A stretch of DNA of 32,000 nucleotides from Mycobacterium tuberculosis H37Rv. GTDB lineage: Bacteria > Actinomycetota > Actinomycetes > Mycobacteriales > Mycobacteriaceae. A program made the position numbers and the translations under genes. The notes beneath the pieces were generated by a model. That model did not search any database and was not told the DNA's origin. It saw only the letters and a program-made list of their open reading frames with translations. The DNA lies in assembly GCF_000195955.2 (NCBI RefSeq), contig NC_000962.3, positions 2,610,001 through 2,642,000 on the forward strand. The letters are read 5' to 3'. Below are positions 10,533 to 24,527 of this stretch, in pieces (positions within the stretch are counted from its first letter, which is position 1; every line of letters starts with the position of its first letter).

Positions 10533-12452
10533 TCACGCGGTGAGATCGTCGCCGCTGGCCTGCTCTAACAGGCTGCGCCGATAGGCCTCCATGGCGACCA
10601 GGTCGCCGAACAGCGCGTGGTATTCGTCGCCTTGCTCGATCGGCGACATGCGCTGCAGTTTGGACTTCACCTCGGCGATCTGCCGCCCCAACCAAACCTC
10701 CTGCAGACGGGCCAGCACGCCGGCGATATAGCGCGGCAGCTTGTCGTCGTCGACCTGAATCGCCTCCACCCCCAGCTCGCTGATCAAAGCCGAGGTCACG
10801 GTTGATGTCGTCTGCTGGCGCACCATATCCAGCCACTGCGCACCGCTAAGGCCAGCCGAGGTACCGCCCGCCGTGTCGATGGCCGCGCGCACAGCCGCGT
10901 ACTCGGGGTGCGTGAAGCCTTCGACGGTCAGCGCGTCGAACACCGGGCCGGCCAACGCCGGGTACTGCAACGCCGATTTGAGTGCCTCACGCTGTGGCCA
11001 CAGGGTCGGGTCACGCGGATCAGGTCGGACTGCGAGTTCGGTCGGGGGGCCGGCGGTGGGCCGCTGCGCTGCCCGGGCGATGGTCGTCGATCCCAGTCTG
11101 CCCAGCCTGGGGTGCTTGGTTCGTTTGGCCTCACCCCGCACCCGACCGATGACCTGTGCGACGTCGGCCCACCCGACCCAGCCGGCGAGCTGACGGGCGT
11201 ATTCGTCACGCAGCGTGGGGTCTTTGATCTGGCCCACCATCGGTACGCAACGGCGCAGCGCGGCCACCCTGCCCTCGGCGCTATCCAGGTCCATCTCGGC
11301 AATCGCGGCGCGAATCGCGAACTCGAACAATGGGGTTCGTCGTGCCACGAGGTCGCGCAGGGCAGCGTCGCCGCACTTCAGTCGTAGGTCGCAGGGGTCC
11401 ATGCCGTCGGGAGCCACCGCGACGAAAGACTGACCAGCCAGCTTCTGCTCACCGTCGAAGGCCTTGAGCGCGGCGGCGCGGCCGGCCTCGTCGCCGTCGA
11501 AAACGTAGATCAGCTCGCCGCGGAAGAAGCTGTCGTCCATCATCAGTCTGCGCAGCATCGCCAGGTGCTCGCCGCCGAATGCGGTCCCGCACGACGCCAC
11601 CGCGGTGGTGACCCCGGCCAGATGCATGGCCATGACATCGGTGTAGCCCTCGACGACGACGGCCTGATGTCCCTTGGCGATGTCGCGTTTGGCCAAGTCG
11701 ATGCCGAACATCACCGATGACTTCTTGTACAGCAATGTCTCGGGCGTGTTGACGTACTTGGCCTCCATCGCGTCGTCGTCGAACAGTCGCCGGGCACCGA
11801 ACCCGACCACCTCGCCGGCCGAGGTGCGGATGGGCCACAGCAGCCGACGGTGAAACCGGTCCATCGGGCCGTGCCGGCCCTGCCGGGACAGTCCCGCGGC
11901 CTCCAGTTCCTCGAACTCAAAACCCTTGCGCTGCAGATGTTTTGTCAATGAGTCCCAGCCCGACGGGGCGAACCCACAGCCGAATTTACGAGCGGCCGCC
12001 GCGTCGAAGCTGCGTTCGGTCAGGTACTGGCGAGCCGGTGCCGCCTCGTCGGACTGCAGCGCCTGCGCATAGAACGCTGCCGCGGCCGCGTTGGCGGCCA
12101 GCAGCCTGCTGCGACTGCCGCGGTCGCGCTGCACGCTGGTGGCCGCACCGGTGTAGCTGATCGTGTGGCCGATCCGGTCGGCAAGCAACTCAACCGCCTC
12201 GACGAAGCTGACGTGCTCGATCTTCTGGATGAACGCATACACGTCGCCGCCCTCGCCGCAGCCGAAGCAGTGGAAGTGGCCGTGGTTGGGCCGCACGTGA
12301 AAGGACGGGGACTTCTCGTTGTGAAACGGGCACAGCCCCTTCAGCGAATCGGCACCGGCACGCCTGAGCTGGACATAGTCGCCGACGACATCCTCGATAC
12401 GGGCCCCCTCGCGGATTGCCGCGATATCGCGATCGGAGATCCGGCCGGACAT
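10533..12452 (-). CDS. dnaG: DNA primase, 639 aa
   Basis: Zinc-ribbon region 'LKGLCPFHNEKSPSFHVRPNHGHFHCFGCGEGGDVYAFIQ' and TOPRIM region 'AVVVEGYTDVMAMHLAGV...FDGDEAGRAAALKAF'. Confidence 0.97.
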   Translation of the reverse strand: MSGRISDRDIAAIREGARIEDVVGDYVQLRRAGADSLKGLCPFHNEKSPSFHVRPNHGHFHCFGCGEGGDVYAFIQKIEHVSFVEAVELLADRIGHTISYTGAATSVQRDRGSRSRLLAANAAAAAFYAQALQSDEAAPARQYLTERSFDAAAARKFGCGFAPSGWDSLTKHLQRKGFEFEELEAAGLSRQGRHGPMDRFHRRLLWPIRTSAGEVVGFGARRLFDDDAMEAKYVNTPETLLYKKSSVMFGIDLAKRDIAKGHQAVVVEGYTDVMAMHLAGVTTAVASCGTAFGGEHLAMLRRLMMDDSFFRGELIYVFDGDEAGRAAALKAFDGEQKLAGQSFVAVAPDGMDPCDLRLKCGDAALRDLVARRTPLFEFAIRAAIAEMDLDSAEGRVAALRRCVPMVGQIKDPTLRDEYARQLAGWVGWADVAQVIGRVRGEAKRTKHPRLGRLGSTTIARAAQRPTAGPPTELAVRPDPRDPTLWPQREALKSALQYPALAGPVFDALTVEGFTHPEYAAVRAAIDTAGGTSAGLSGAQWLDMVRQQTTSTVTSALISELGVEAIQVDDDKLPRYIAGVLARLQEVWLGRQIAEVKSKLQRMSPIEQGDEYHALFGDLVAMEAYRRSLLEQASGDDLTA

Positions 12453-12456
12453 CGGC

Positions 12457-13752
12457 TCAGTCTAAAGCGTTCCTGCTGACGCCAAGCTGATCGGCATCGA
12501 TGCGTTCCAACCGACCCTCGGTATAGGAGGCGATCTGATCAACGACGACCCGCAACCGGGCAGCGTCGTCGGCGGCGGTATTGAACGCAGCGGCATAAAC
12601 CGGGTCGAGCGTCTGCGGCGCCCCCGAGTACAGCCTGTGCGCCACCCGGTGAATACGTTCGCGCTGCCGTGCCTGGGTTTCCAGATGCCGAGGGTCGGAC
12701 ATGATGAACTGCAGCGCGAGGATTTTCAGTACCGCGACCTCGGCACGTACCAGATCGGGCACCTGCAGGTCGGCCCGGAAGCGCACCAACGGTCCCGGAC
12801 CGGCCGCGGCCCGGGTGGTCGCGATCGCGGCCGATGCAAAGCGGCCCACCAGCTCGCTGGTCAACCGCTTGAGCGCGACCGATGCCGACAAGGTGGCGTC
12901 ATACTTGCCGACGGCGGCCACCACGGGCAGCCGCGACAGCCGCCGCGCGGCCGCCATCAACTCGTCGGCGCTCACCCGGGAGAACTCGCGCTCCCCTAAC
13001 CTGGCCAGCGCGGCAGCGTCCTCTTCGGCGGCCAGCACACGCAGGTCGATGCGTTCGGAGACAACGCCGTCCTCGACGTCGTGAACCGAGTAGGCGACGT
13101 CGTCGGCCCAGTCCATCACCTGCGCTTCCAGGCACGCCCGCTCCGGGGGCGCGCCTTGCCGAACCCATACCGCCGATTCGCGGTCGTCGTCGTAGAAGCC
13201 GAACTTCCTCCGCTGGCTGCCAAGCCCGTCACCACGCATCCACGGATACTTGGTGACCGCGTCCAGGGACGCGCGAGTTAGGTTCAGCCCCGCACTAAGT
13301 CCTTGTGCGTCAACTACTTTGGGCTCAAGGCTGGTCAAGATACGGAAGTTCTGCGCGTTGCCCTCGAAACCGCCGTGGCTGGCTGCGACTTCATCAAGCG
13401 CCCGCTCACCGTTGTGTCCATACGGCGGGTGCCCGATGTCATGGGCTAGACCGGCCAATTCGACCAGATCAAGGTCGCAGCCCAGCCCGATCGCCATTCC
13501 CCGTCCGATCTGAGCCACTTCCAGCGAGTGGGTCAGCCGGGTACGCGGCGTATCCCCTTCCCGGGGTCCGACCACCTGGGTCTTGTCGGCTAGCCGGCGC
13601 AGTGCGGCGCTGTGCAGCACCCGGGCCCGGTCCCGGGCGAAGTCGGAGCGGTACTGACCCTCAGTGCCCGGCAGACCGGCAGTCTTTGGCGCTTCGGCTA
13701 CCCGCCGCTGGCGGTCGAAGTCGTCGTAGGGGTCGTGCTCACTCGCGCTCAC
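12457..13752 (-). CDS. dgt: Deoxyguanosinetriphosphate triphosphohydrolase-like HD protein, 431 aa
   Basis: HD-domain motifs '[20 protein letters not shown]' and '[21 protein letters not shown]'; 4-bp gap to dnaG. Confidence 0.95.
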   Translation of the reverse strand: MSASEHDPYDDFDRQRRVAEAPKTAGLPGTEGQYRSDFARDRARVLHSAALRRLADKTQVVGPREGDTPRTRLTHSLEVAQIGRGMAIGLGCDLDLVELAGLAHDIGHPPYGHNGERALDEVAASHGGFEGNAQNFRILTSLEPKVVDAQGLSAGLNLTRASLDAVTKYPWMRGDGLGSQRRKFGFYDDDRESAVWVRQGAPPERACLEAQVMDWADDVAYSVHDVEDGVVSERIDLRVLAAEEDAAALARLGEREFSRVSADELMAAARRLSRLPVVAAVGKYDATLSASVALKRLTSELVGRFASAAIATTRAAAGPGPLVRFRADLQVPDLVRAEVAVLKILALQFIMSDPRHLETQARQRERIHRVAHRLYSGAPQTLDPVYAAAFNTAADDAARLRVVVDQIASYTEGRLERIDADQLGVSRNALD

Positions 13753-13820
13753 CGACCCACAGTCTGCCAGGGTGGTCGCCGCACGCCCGTATCCGCCGGC
13801 ACAGCGTCTAAATTGACGGT

Positions 13821-15803
13821 ATGCGTCTCGTTCGCCTGCTCGGCATGGTCCTGACTATCCTCGCCGCCGGGCTGCTGCTGGGGCCGCCCGCTGGCGCGCA
13901 ACCACCTTTCCGGCTGTCGAACTACGTGACCGACAACGCGGGCGTGCTGACTAGCTCCGGTCGCACCGCGGTGACGGCGGCCGTCGACCGGCTCTATGCC
14001 GATCGCCGCATCCGACTGTGGGTGGTCTACGTCGAGAACTTCTCCGGTCAGAGTGCGCTCAACTGGGCGCAGCGCACGACGCGGACTAGCGAGCTGGGTA
14101 ACTATGACGCGCTTCTGGCCGTGGCCACCACCGGTCGCGAATATGCCTTTCTAGTGCCATCCGCGATGCCGGGTGTCAGCGAGGGGCAGGTCGACAACGT
14201 GCGGCGCTATCAGATCGAACCGGCGCTGCACGACGGCGACTACAGCGGCGCGGCCGTTGCGGCGGCGAACGGACTCAACCGGTCACCCAGTTCGTCGAGT
14301 CGAGTGGTGTTGTTGGTCACGGTCGGCATCATCGTCATCGTCGTCGCGGTCCTGCTGGTGGTGATGCGCCACCGCAACCGGCGGCGCCGCGCCGACGAGC
14401 TGGCCGCGGCACGCCGCGTCGACCCTACCAACGTAATGGCACTGGCCGCCGTGCCGCTTCAGGCCCTCGATGACCTCTCCCGGTCGATGGTGGTAGACGT
14501 CGACAACGCCGTGCGCACCAGCACCAACGAGCTCGCGCTGGCCATCGAGGAGTTCGGCGAACGGCGAACCGCACCGTTTACCCAAGCGGTGAACAACGCC
14601 AAAGCGGCTCTGTCCCAGGCGTTCACCGTACGCCAACAACTTGATGACAACACGCCCGAGACGCCGGCGCAGCGACGTGAGCTACTCACCCGAGTGATCG
14701 TGTCGGCGGCGCACGCCGACCGTGAACTCGCGTCGCAAACCGAGGCCTTCGAGAAGCTACGCGATTTGGTGATCAACGCCCCGGCCCGGCTTGATCTGCT
14801 CACCCAGCAGTACGTCGAACTGACCACCCGGATCGGCCCGACTCAGCAACGCCTGGCCGAGCTGCATACCGAATTCGACGCTGCGGCGATGACGTCGATC
14901 GCCGGCAATGTCACCACCGCCACCGAGCGGCTGGCGTTCGCCGACCGTAACATCAGCGCGGCTCGGGATCTGGCCGACCAGGCAGTGAGCGGACGGCAAG
15001 CCGGACTGGTGGATGCGGTGCGTGCCGCCGAGTCGGCACTCGGGCAAGCCCGGGCGCTGCTCGACGCGGTGGACAGCGCCGCCACCGACATCCGGCACGC
15101 CGTCGCGTCGCTGCCGGCGGTCGTGGCCGACATCCAGACGGGCATCAAGCGAGCCAACCAACACCTACAGCAGGCGCAACAACCCCAAACCGGGCGCACC
15201 GGTGACCTGATCGCAGCCCGCGATGCGGCGGCCAGGGCCCTCGATCGCGCGCGCGGAGCCGCCGATCCGTTGACCGCATTTGACCAGTTGACCAAGGTCG
15301 ACGCTGACCTCGACCGGCTGCTCGCCACCCTGGCCGAAGAACAGGCAACCGCCGATCGGCTCAACCGCTCACTTGAGCAGGCGCTGTTTACCGCGGAGTC
15401 GCGGGTGCGCGCCGTCTCGGAGTACATCGACACCCGCCGCGGCAGCATCGGGCCGGAGGCCCGGACCCGGCTGGCCGAGGCGAAACGGCAGCTGGAAGCC
15501 GCACATGACCGGAAATCGAGCAACCCGACCGAAGCGATCGCCTACGCTAACGCGGCATCGACGCTGGCCGCACATGCGCAGTCGCTGGCCAATGCCGACG
15601 TGCAATCCGCCCAGCGCGCATACACCCGTCGTGGGGGCAACAACGCCGGCGCGATCCTCGGTGGCATCATCATCGGCGACCTGCTTAGCGGAGGCACCAG
15701 AGGCGGGTTGGGTGGATGGATCCCCACGTCGTTCGGCGGTTCGTCGAACGCGCCGGGAAGTTCACCCGACGGCGGGTTCTTGGGCGGCGGCGGGCGGTTC
15801 TAA
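13821..15803 (+). CDS. TPM-domain membrane protein with long coiled coil and Gly-rich C terminus (Rv2345-like), 660 aa
   Basis: Signal peptide, TPM domain '[37 protein letters not shown]', TM at '[29 protein letters not shown]', Ala/Arg/Leu-rich helical region, C-terminal [10 protein letters not shown]. Confidence 0.9.
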   Translation: MRLVRLLGMVLTILAAGLLLGPPAGAQPPFRLSNYVTDNAGVLTSSGRTAVTAAVDRLYADRRIRLWVVYVENFSGQSALNWAQRTTRTSELGNYDALLAVATTGREYAFLVPSAMPGVSEGQVDNVRRYQIEPALHDGDYSGAAVAAANGLNRSPSSSSRVVLLVTVGIIVIVVAVLLVVMRHRNRRRRADELAAARRVDPTNVMALAAVPLQALDDLSRSMVVDVDNAVRTSTNELALAIEEFGERRTAPFTQAVNNAKAALSQAFTVRQQLDDNTPETPAQRRELLTRVIVSAAHADRELASQTEAFEKLRDLVINAPARLDLLTQQYVELTTRIGPTQQRLAELHTEFDAAAMTSIAGNVTTATERLAFADRNISAARDLADQAVSGRQAGLVDAVRAAESALGQARALLDAVDSAATDIRHAVASLPAVVADIQTGIKRANQHLQQAQQPQTGRTGDLIAARDAAARALDRARGAADPLTAFDQLTKVDADLDRLLATLAEEQATADRLNRSLEQALFTAESRVRAVSEYIDTRRGSIGPEARTRLAEAKRQLEAAHDRKSSNPTEAIAYANAASTLAAHAQSLANADVQSAQRAYTRRGGNNAGAILGGIIIGDLLSGGTRGGLGGWIPTSFGGSSNAPGSSPDGGFLGGGGRF

Positions 15804-15887
15804 GCCACGCGCCAGCGCACGGGGATACCCGTACGCTGGCGCGTGTGGCCGTCGACCTAGGCTTCTTCCTAGGGTTCGTCGACCCTG

Positions 15888-16172
15888 TCAGGCCCAGCTG
15901 GAGCCGACGGCGCTGTCGGTTTGTGCCATGTTGTTGCCGGCAGCCTGCACCTTCTGCCCGTGGGCGTTGGCCTGCTCGTAGATCACCTGGAAGTTACGGC
16001 CCAGCTGGGTGATGAACTCCTGGCAAGCCACCGAACCGGCGCCGCCCCAAAAGTCACCCGCGGCCAACACATCACGAACGATGGCCTGATGCTCCGCCTC
16101 CAGCAACCCGGCCTGAGCGCGGATCATGGCGCCATGAGCGTCGACATCACCGAACTGATAGTTGATGGTCAT
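15888..16172 (-). CDS. esxO: ESAT-6-like protein, 94 aa
   Basis: MTINYQFGDVDAHGAMIRAQAGLLEAEHQAIVRDVLAAGDFWGGAGSVACQEFITQLGRNFQVIYEQANAHGQKVQ..., Mtb9.9 subfamily of Esx proteins. Confidence 0.92.
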   Translation of the reverse strand: MTINYQFGDVDAHGAMIRAQAGLLEAEHQAIVRDVLAAGDFWGGAGSVACQEFITQLGRNFQVIYEQANAHGQKVQAAGNNMAQTDSAVGSSWA

Positions 16173-16222
16173 CGAACCTGTTCTCCTTCGCTTGTAAAAG
16201 TATTGTGCTGCAGCGGCTGACG

Positions 16223-16564
<342 letters not shown>

Positions 16565-16653
16565 TCATGCACATTGACTGTTGTCATAGCCGGCCGCGGG
16601 AACACCGAGACCGCCGATCACTGGTCAAATAACGACAGTCTGCGCCCCCTCTC

Positions 16654-16980
16654 CTAGCCGGCCGCCGGAGAATGCGGAATCACGCTGCTGCTACTCCGTG
16701 GCACCTCAAAGCGGGGTTCAGCGTTCTCCGCCACCCACTCGTTCCACGCCTGCCACTCATCCCACTCGTCCATGGCCGCGGCCTCTGCGTCCGCCCCTTC
16801 GGCCGCCTGGACATCGACATCGGCGCCGTCCTCCGGCGCAGGCGCCCAGTGGTCATAATCATCGGGTGGCACAGCCACTCCCCAGCTGAGCGGAACCGAC
16901 AACCCGCCGAGCATTCCCGACTCAGCCCGTTTCGCCACCACCGCGTCGGGCGGCAAAGGCGGACCAAGAGGCAAAAGCAC
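16654..16980 (-). CDS. Small acidic Trp-rich protein (Rv2348c-like), 108 aa
   Basis: ORF on the same strand and directly upstream of esxP; sequence '…AMDEWDEWQAWNEWVAENAEPRFEV…VIPHSPAAG'. Confidence 0.7.
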   Translation of the reverse strand: MLLPLGPPLPPDAVVAKRAESGMLGGLSVPLSWGVAVPPDDYDHWAPAPEDGADVDVQAAEGADAEAAAMDEWDEWQAWNEWVAENAEPRFEVPRSSSSVIPHSPAAG

Positions 16981-17171
16981 GTTGTCCCCTTCCAGGCCAG
17001 GGTCTCAACACATCCACACTCAATGGCTAAACACGAACCACCAAGCACTCAGCATCGTATGACAATCCGCGGACAATATCCCGGGTTTTCTAATTTCGCT
17101 GCCATGAGCCCGTCCAGCGGCCCTGGCGCGGGTTTCGACCTAGCCAACCGTTACGTCTGAACCATCCCCGG

Positions 17172-20319
<3,148 letters not shown>

Positions 20320-20379
20320 TCCGTCGACGGGGTGTTCGCTCCCCACGCGCCCTCCTTGACGGCCCACACGGCCATTGCT

Positions 20380-20433
20380 GATCACGGTATAGTTGCGGCC
20401 GCGATCGGCTATGCCTTGCCGACCGGCGTGTCG
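20380..20433 (-). promoter_or_regulatory. Promoter-like conserved element upstream of plcB
   Basis: Minus-strand CGACACGCCGG-(30 nt)-CTATACCGTGATC, same spacing as the element upstream of plcA. Confidence 0.5.
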
Positions 20434-20536
20434 TGTTCTGATTCCGCCTGCCTGCCGGGGCGGGCGCGGGATTGGTGCGGGCGATTTGCTCGCGCACATG
20501 CAAGCAAATCGAACGCCGGGAGATTACCGGGAAATT

Positions 20537-22099
20537 TCAGCTGCACAGCCCGCTGGGAGTCCCGCGGACGGGTGTGGTTTCCTGAGTTGGCATCACCTGC
20601 GGATAGGGCACCCGATAGGGAATGCTCGGCAACGCGCCGTCGGTGGTTCCCAACACCACGTTAGGGATGCACTGCGGCAGCTTCGGCAGCGCTCCCAGCA
20701 ACGGGTGGCTCAAGTTGGGTCTGGTCGAATTCGGTGGAGTCGCAAAGTTGAACGCTGAGGTCATGTCGCCAACCACGCCGTCGCGCCAGGCGGTCATGTT
20801 GGGAACCGGCACGCCGAACCGGGCGCGAATCAACTTCAATTGCGAGGTGTGGTCGAACGTGTCGGAGACCATCAGCGGGCCGCGGCTGTACGGCGAAATG
20901 ACAATGCAGGGAACGCGAAAACCCAGACCGAGCGGACCACGAATGCCACCGGACCCGGGTACTGCGTCGATGTTGGGCACCGTGACGAATTCGCCGGGTG
21001 TCCCGGGCGGTGCCGTGGGGGGCGTGACGTGGTCGAAGAAGCCGCCGTTCTCGTCATAGCTGACGATAAGTGCGGTCTTTTCCCACACCGCGGGATTGGA
21101 CAGCAAGATCCGCAGCGCGGTCACCATGGACACCGCGCCAAGCGCTACCGGCAGGGCGGGGTGTTCGGACTGCAGGATGTTGGGAACTAACCAGGAGACC
21201 TTGGGTAGCCGGTTGGCCCTGACGTCGGCAGCGAAGTCCCCAGGGTAGGTCGGGGCGATACCGTAGCGGGCCAAGTTCGACCTCGGATCAGCTGCCTGGC
21301 GGAAGGCCTGCACCAGCCCGTTATTGCTGATGGGCGTGTTGATGAATCGCCCGAGGCCCTTGTTCTGGTACACCTTCCAGCTGACCCCGGCATCTTCGAG
21401 GTTTTCCGGCATGATGCGCCAACTGAATTGCTGCAGCGGCAGGAAGCCCGGCTCTACCAATTGGGGTCCCCCGTCGGTGCCGGCGGGGTCGATGTTGGCG
21501 CTCAACCAGTAGAGCCGGTTGGGCAGGGTGCCCGTCAGCAGCGAGCAATGGTAGCCGTCGCAGATGGTGAACGTGTCGGCCAGCAGATAGTGGATCGGGA
21601 TGTCTTGGCGCGTGTAGTAACCCATGGTCAAAGGGACATATGGTCCTGCGCGGGTGGTCGCCTGCGCCGGCAGCCAGTTGTCGTTGGCACCACCGTTCCA
21701 GGCCAGGTGCATCCCCACCCACTGGTGCTCGGGGTCGTTGACGCACTCGCCGTCCAGGAAGGGGCCTCGGGTGGTGTCCAAGCGGAACGGAATGGTGACC
21801 CCGGCGGGGTCCAACGCCTGCGTCATGGGGTTCCAACCCATTTGTTGGAATGCCGGCGACGCGGCGTTGAACCCATTGGTGCTGGAAAGCGTTCCGAAAT
21901 AGTGGTCGAATGACCGGTTCTCCTGCATCAGCAACACGATATGCTCGATGTCGGTCAAATGTCCGGGACAAGGCCCGGCGCCGTAGGCCTTTTCAATCAC
22001 CGGTGCAGCCCAGTCCATCAGGAATGCCGCTGCGCCTGCGCCAGTGAGCTTTGTCAAAAACTCTCGACGTGACATTCCGAGGAGTGGGCTTGCGCTCAC
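20537..22099 (-). CDS. plcA: Tat-exported phospholipase C, 520 aa (512 if started at 22075)
   Basis: '[32 protein letters not shown]' Tat signal; '[28 protein letters not shown]'. Confidence 0.92.
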   Translation of the reverse strand: MSASPLLGMSRREFLTKLTGAGAAAFLMDWAAPVIEKAYGAGPCPGHLTDIEHIVLLMQENRSFDHYFGTLSSTNGFNAASPAFQQMGWNPMTQALDPAGVTIPFRLDTTRGPFLDGECVNDPEHQWVGMHLAWNGGANDNWLPAQATTRAGPYVPLTMGYYTRQDIPIHYLLADTFTICDGYHCSLLTGTLPNRLYWLSANIDPAGTDGGPQLVEPGFLPLQQFSWRIMPENLEDAGVSWKVYQNKGLGRFINTPISNNGLVQAFRQAADPRSNLARYGIAPTYPGDFAADVRANRLPKVSWLVPNILQSEHPALPVALGAVSMVTALRILLSNPAVWEKTALIVSYDENGGFFDHVTPPTAPPGTPGEFVTVPNIDAVPGSGGIRGPLGLGFRVPCIVISPYSRGPLMVSDTFDHTSQLKLIRARFGVPVPNMTAWRDGVVGDMTSAFNFATPPNSTRPNLSHPLLGALPKLPQCIPNVVLGTTDGALPSIPYRVPYPQVMPTQETTPVRGTPSGLCS

Positions 22100-22126
22100 T
22101 TGCCCTGCCTTCCTGCACTCAGCTCA

Positions 22127-22180
22127 GATCACGTTATAGTGACGACAGCGGTCCATCGCGATACGCCAACCGGCGTGTCG
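22127..22180 (-). promoter_or_regulatory. Promoter-like conserved element upstream of plcA
   Basis: Minus-strand CGACACGCCGG-(30 nt)-CTATAACGTGATC; TATAAC resembles a -10 hexamer about 50 nt upstream of the start region. Confidence 0.55.
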
Positions 22181-22481
22181 CACGCGGATTTTCGCGTTCC
22201 AGCAACCGCAACCGCACCGTTTGGCGCGGCCGACGGCCGTCTAGGGGATATCGCAGCGGGAAGGGTGCCGTAACCATGATTGTCGCTGGGTATCGGGCAC
22301 TCGCCGACAGTAAAAAATTATTCGAATCCCGCATTCCTGACAAAACTTGATATGACCGATCTCACCGGCCGGCTTCGGCGCTTAAGTCACTAGACAGTTC
22401 GAGGTCAGCGACGGGATATCGCGCTATCGGTAAACTAATTTCGTATCTGCCCAACCGCGCCGCCAATGCAGCGTCCGTACC

Positions 22482-22792
22482 ATGTGGACTACGGTGCTGA
22501 TGTTGACTCTGGTGGCGACGGCTGACACCGTCCGGATCCGAACTGGCGTTCTTTTGTCCGCCCATTGCTTGCATTCTGGCTCCGGGGCATAGCGACAAGT
22601 GTTGCCCTGGCTGTTGACGTGCTCTTCGGGCAAGCGGACTTCACGCTTTCAAGCGTGCACTCGGCCGAACTTGCCAGCGCGAACTCCACCAGCGGACACC
22701 TTCAGATCGCGATGGTTGTGCTGGCGCTGCTGATCGCCGGGCTCACGGCCGGAGGGGCTTTCCGCATGGCCAGCGGACTGGGCCACGCCTAA
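22482..22792 (+). pseudogene. Frame-disrupted remnant of a small multi-TM GAP/Sap-like membrane protein
   Basis: Frame A: MWTTVLMLTLVATADTVRIRTGVLLSAH... (stop at 22590-22592). The +2 frame then continues LLAFWLRGIATSVALAVDVLFGQADFTLSSVHSAELASANSTSGHLQIAMVVLALLIAGLTAGGAFRMASGLGHA*. The joined product looks like one small membrane protein family. Confidence 0.6.
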
Positions 22793-22922
22793 AGACTTAG
22801 CTCTCTTTCGCGAGCGCGACCGCTTCGGTGCACTTCATTTCGCCGACAATCACGGCACCAAGGCCAGGGATTTCCAACGACGTCGCCGCCGCGATGACTC
22901 CCGCGTCGACGCGCCCTGCGCG

Positions 22923-24098
22923 CTATCCGATCCCGACCCGCGGCACCACACTGGGCCGAGCCTGCACCACATGCGGATTTGCGCCACCGCGGCCCATCAT
23001 CCCGGCCGGCATACCCGCCCCAGCACCCCCCATACCCATCGGCATCGGCATCATCCCCATGGGCCCGCCTGCCGCCGGCACCTCAGCAGGCATAGCCCCC
23101 AAACCCGCCATCGCCGAACTGGCCATCCGCGCAGGAACCGACCCCTCCCAGGTCGGAGGCACCGACATCGCCCCCACCAACCGCGCCTTACCCAACTCCG
23201 CCGACATCCCCGCACCCAGACCACCGGCACCACCTAGGCCCGTCCCCGAAGCGATATCACCGGCAAACGTCGGCACATCCGCCGCAGCCAACCCCGCAGC
23301 CTCCGCACCGGCCAACCCAGCCGTGTTGGCCGTAGTCCCCATCTGCGCCAACTGCATCATCGGCCCAATCAACATACTGGCCGGATACGCCGCGGCCTGC
23401 CCCACCTGCAGCGCCGCATCCACCGGCAACCCCGCCGCCACCGACTGCGCCGCAGCCACCACAGCCGGCACCCCCTCCACCGCACCCTCCGCGATCGGAG
23501 ACAACGCAGCCGAAACCGACGTCGCCATCCCGGTCAACTGCGCACCGGCCTGGGAAGCCAACCCCGCCAAATCCAGCGGCGGCACACTAAACGGCGTCAA
23601 CGTCTCAGCCACCGCCGCCGCCCCCGCGTGATACCCCACCATCGCACCCACGTCCTGAGCCCACATCTCCACATAATCGAACTCAGTGGCCGCAATCGCC
23701 GGCGTGTTCTGACCCAAAATGTTCGTCGCCACCAACGCCCCCAACAACACCCGATTCGCCGTCACCGCCGCCGGATGCACCGTGGCCGCCAACGCCGCCT
23801 CAAACGCCGTCGCCGCCGCGGTAGCCTGACCAGCCGACAACTCCGCCTGCCCGGCCGCCGCACTCAACCACCCCACATACGGCGCCGCCGCCCCCGCCAT
23901 CGCCACCGACGCCGGACCCGACCACGGCCCAGCCGCCAACCCGGCGATCACCGCATCAAACGAGGACGCCGAGGCCCGCAAATCCGCAGCCAACCCCTCC
24001 CACGCCGCCGCCGCCATAAACAACGGCCCCGACCCCGCACCGGCATAGATCCGCGCCGAGTTGATCTCCGGCGGCAACCACGAAAAATCCAAAATCAT
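22923..24098 (-). CDS. PPE38: PPE family protein, 391 aa
   Basis: ATG at 24098: [43 protein letters not shown] domain; full length. Confidence 0.92.
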   Translation of the reverse strand: MILDFSWLPPEINSARIYAGAGSGPLFMAAAAWEGLAADLRASASSFDAVIAGLAAGPWSGPASVAMAGAAAPYVGWLSAAAGQAELSAGQATAAATAFEAALAATVHPAAVTANRVLLGALVATNILGQNTPAIAATEFDYVEMWAQDVGAMVGYHAGAAAVAETLTPFSVPPLDLAGLASQAGAQLTGMATSVSAALSPIAEGAVEGVPAVVAAAQSVAAGLPVDAALQVGQAAAYPASMLIGPMMQLAQMGTTANTAGLAGAEAAGLAAADVPTFAGDIASGTGLGGAGGLGAGMSAELGKARLVGAMSVPPTWEGSVPARMASSAMAGLGAMPAEVPAAGGPMGMMPMPMGMGGAGAGMPAGMMGRGGANPHVVQARPSVVPRVGIG

Positions 24099-24527
24099 CG
24101 CAACCCCAAACCAGCCAGCCGCCTCAACGGCTCCGCCTACCACTCTCCAGACACAAACCAGCCCACGGGCGGATGGTAAGACAATCCACACCGAAAATCC
24201 GCACTTTTACCAAAACTTTATTCATGAATTCGGCATGAGCCGTTCACGCCGGCACGTCACCGCCGCCAGCCACCGGGCAAGTGTCTAGTAACTGGACACC
24301 GGAAGGCAGCCACCGGGCAGGCCTCGCCGCAATCCGCAGCTACACGGCTCGCGATATTTCCGGGCCAGAGTTTTAGCCACCGCGAGCCATCAGCAACTCG
24401 CGTAAAGACTGCGCGAAGCCAACGAAAAAATAAGGCGGCAAAAATATCCCGTCAGACGGTCACGTCATACCGAGTGAGGTAACCGTGATTAGACCAACTA
24501 CATCGCACTACCGAACGGAAACCACCA

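Noticed and set aside
14173-15605. Minus-strand ORFs opposite the Rv2345-like gene, including 226 aa
   Set aside because: Low-complexity Arg/Ala/Ser shadow ORFs; the + strand 660-aa TPM protein explains the region.
22828-23631. 267-aa + strand ORF opposite PPE38
   Set aside because: Ala/Pro/Thr-rich antisense of a PPE gene; no independent evidence.
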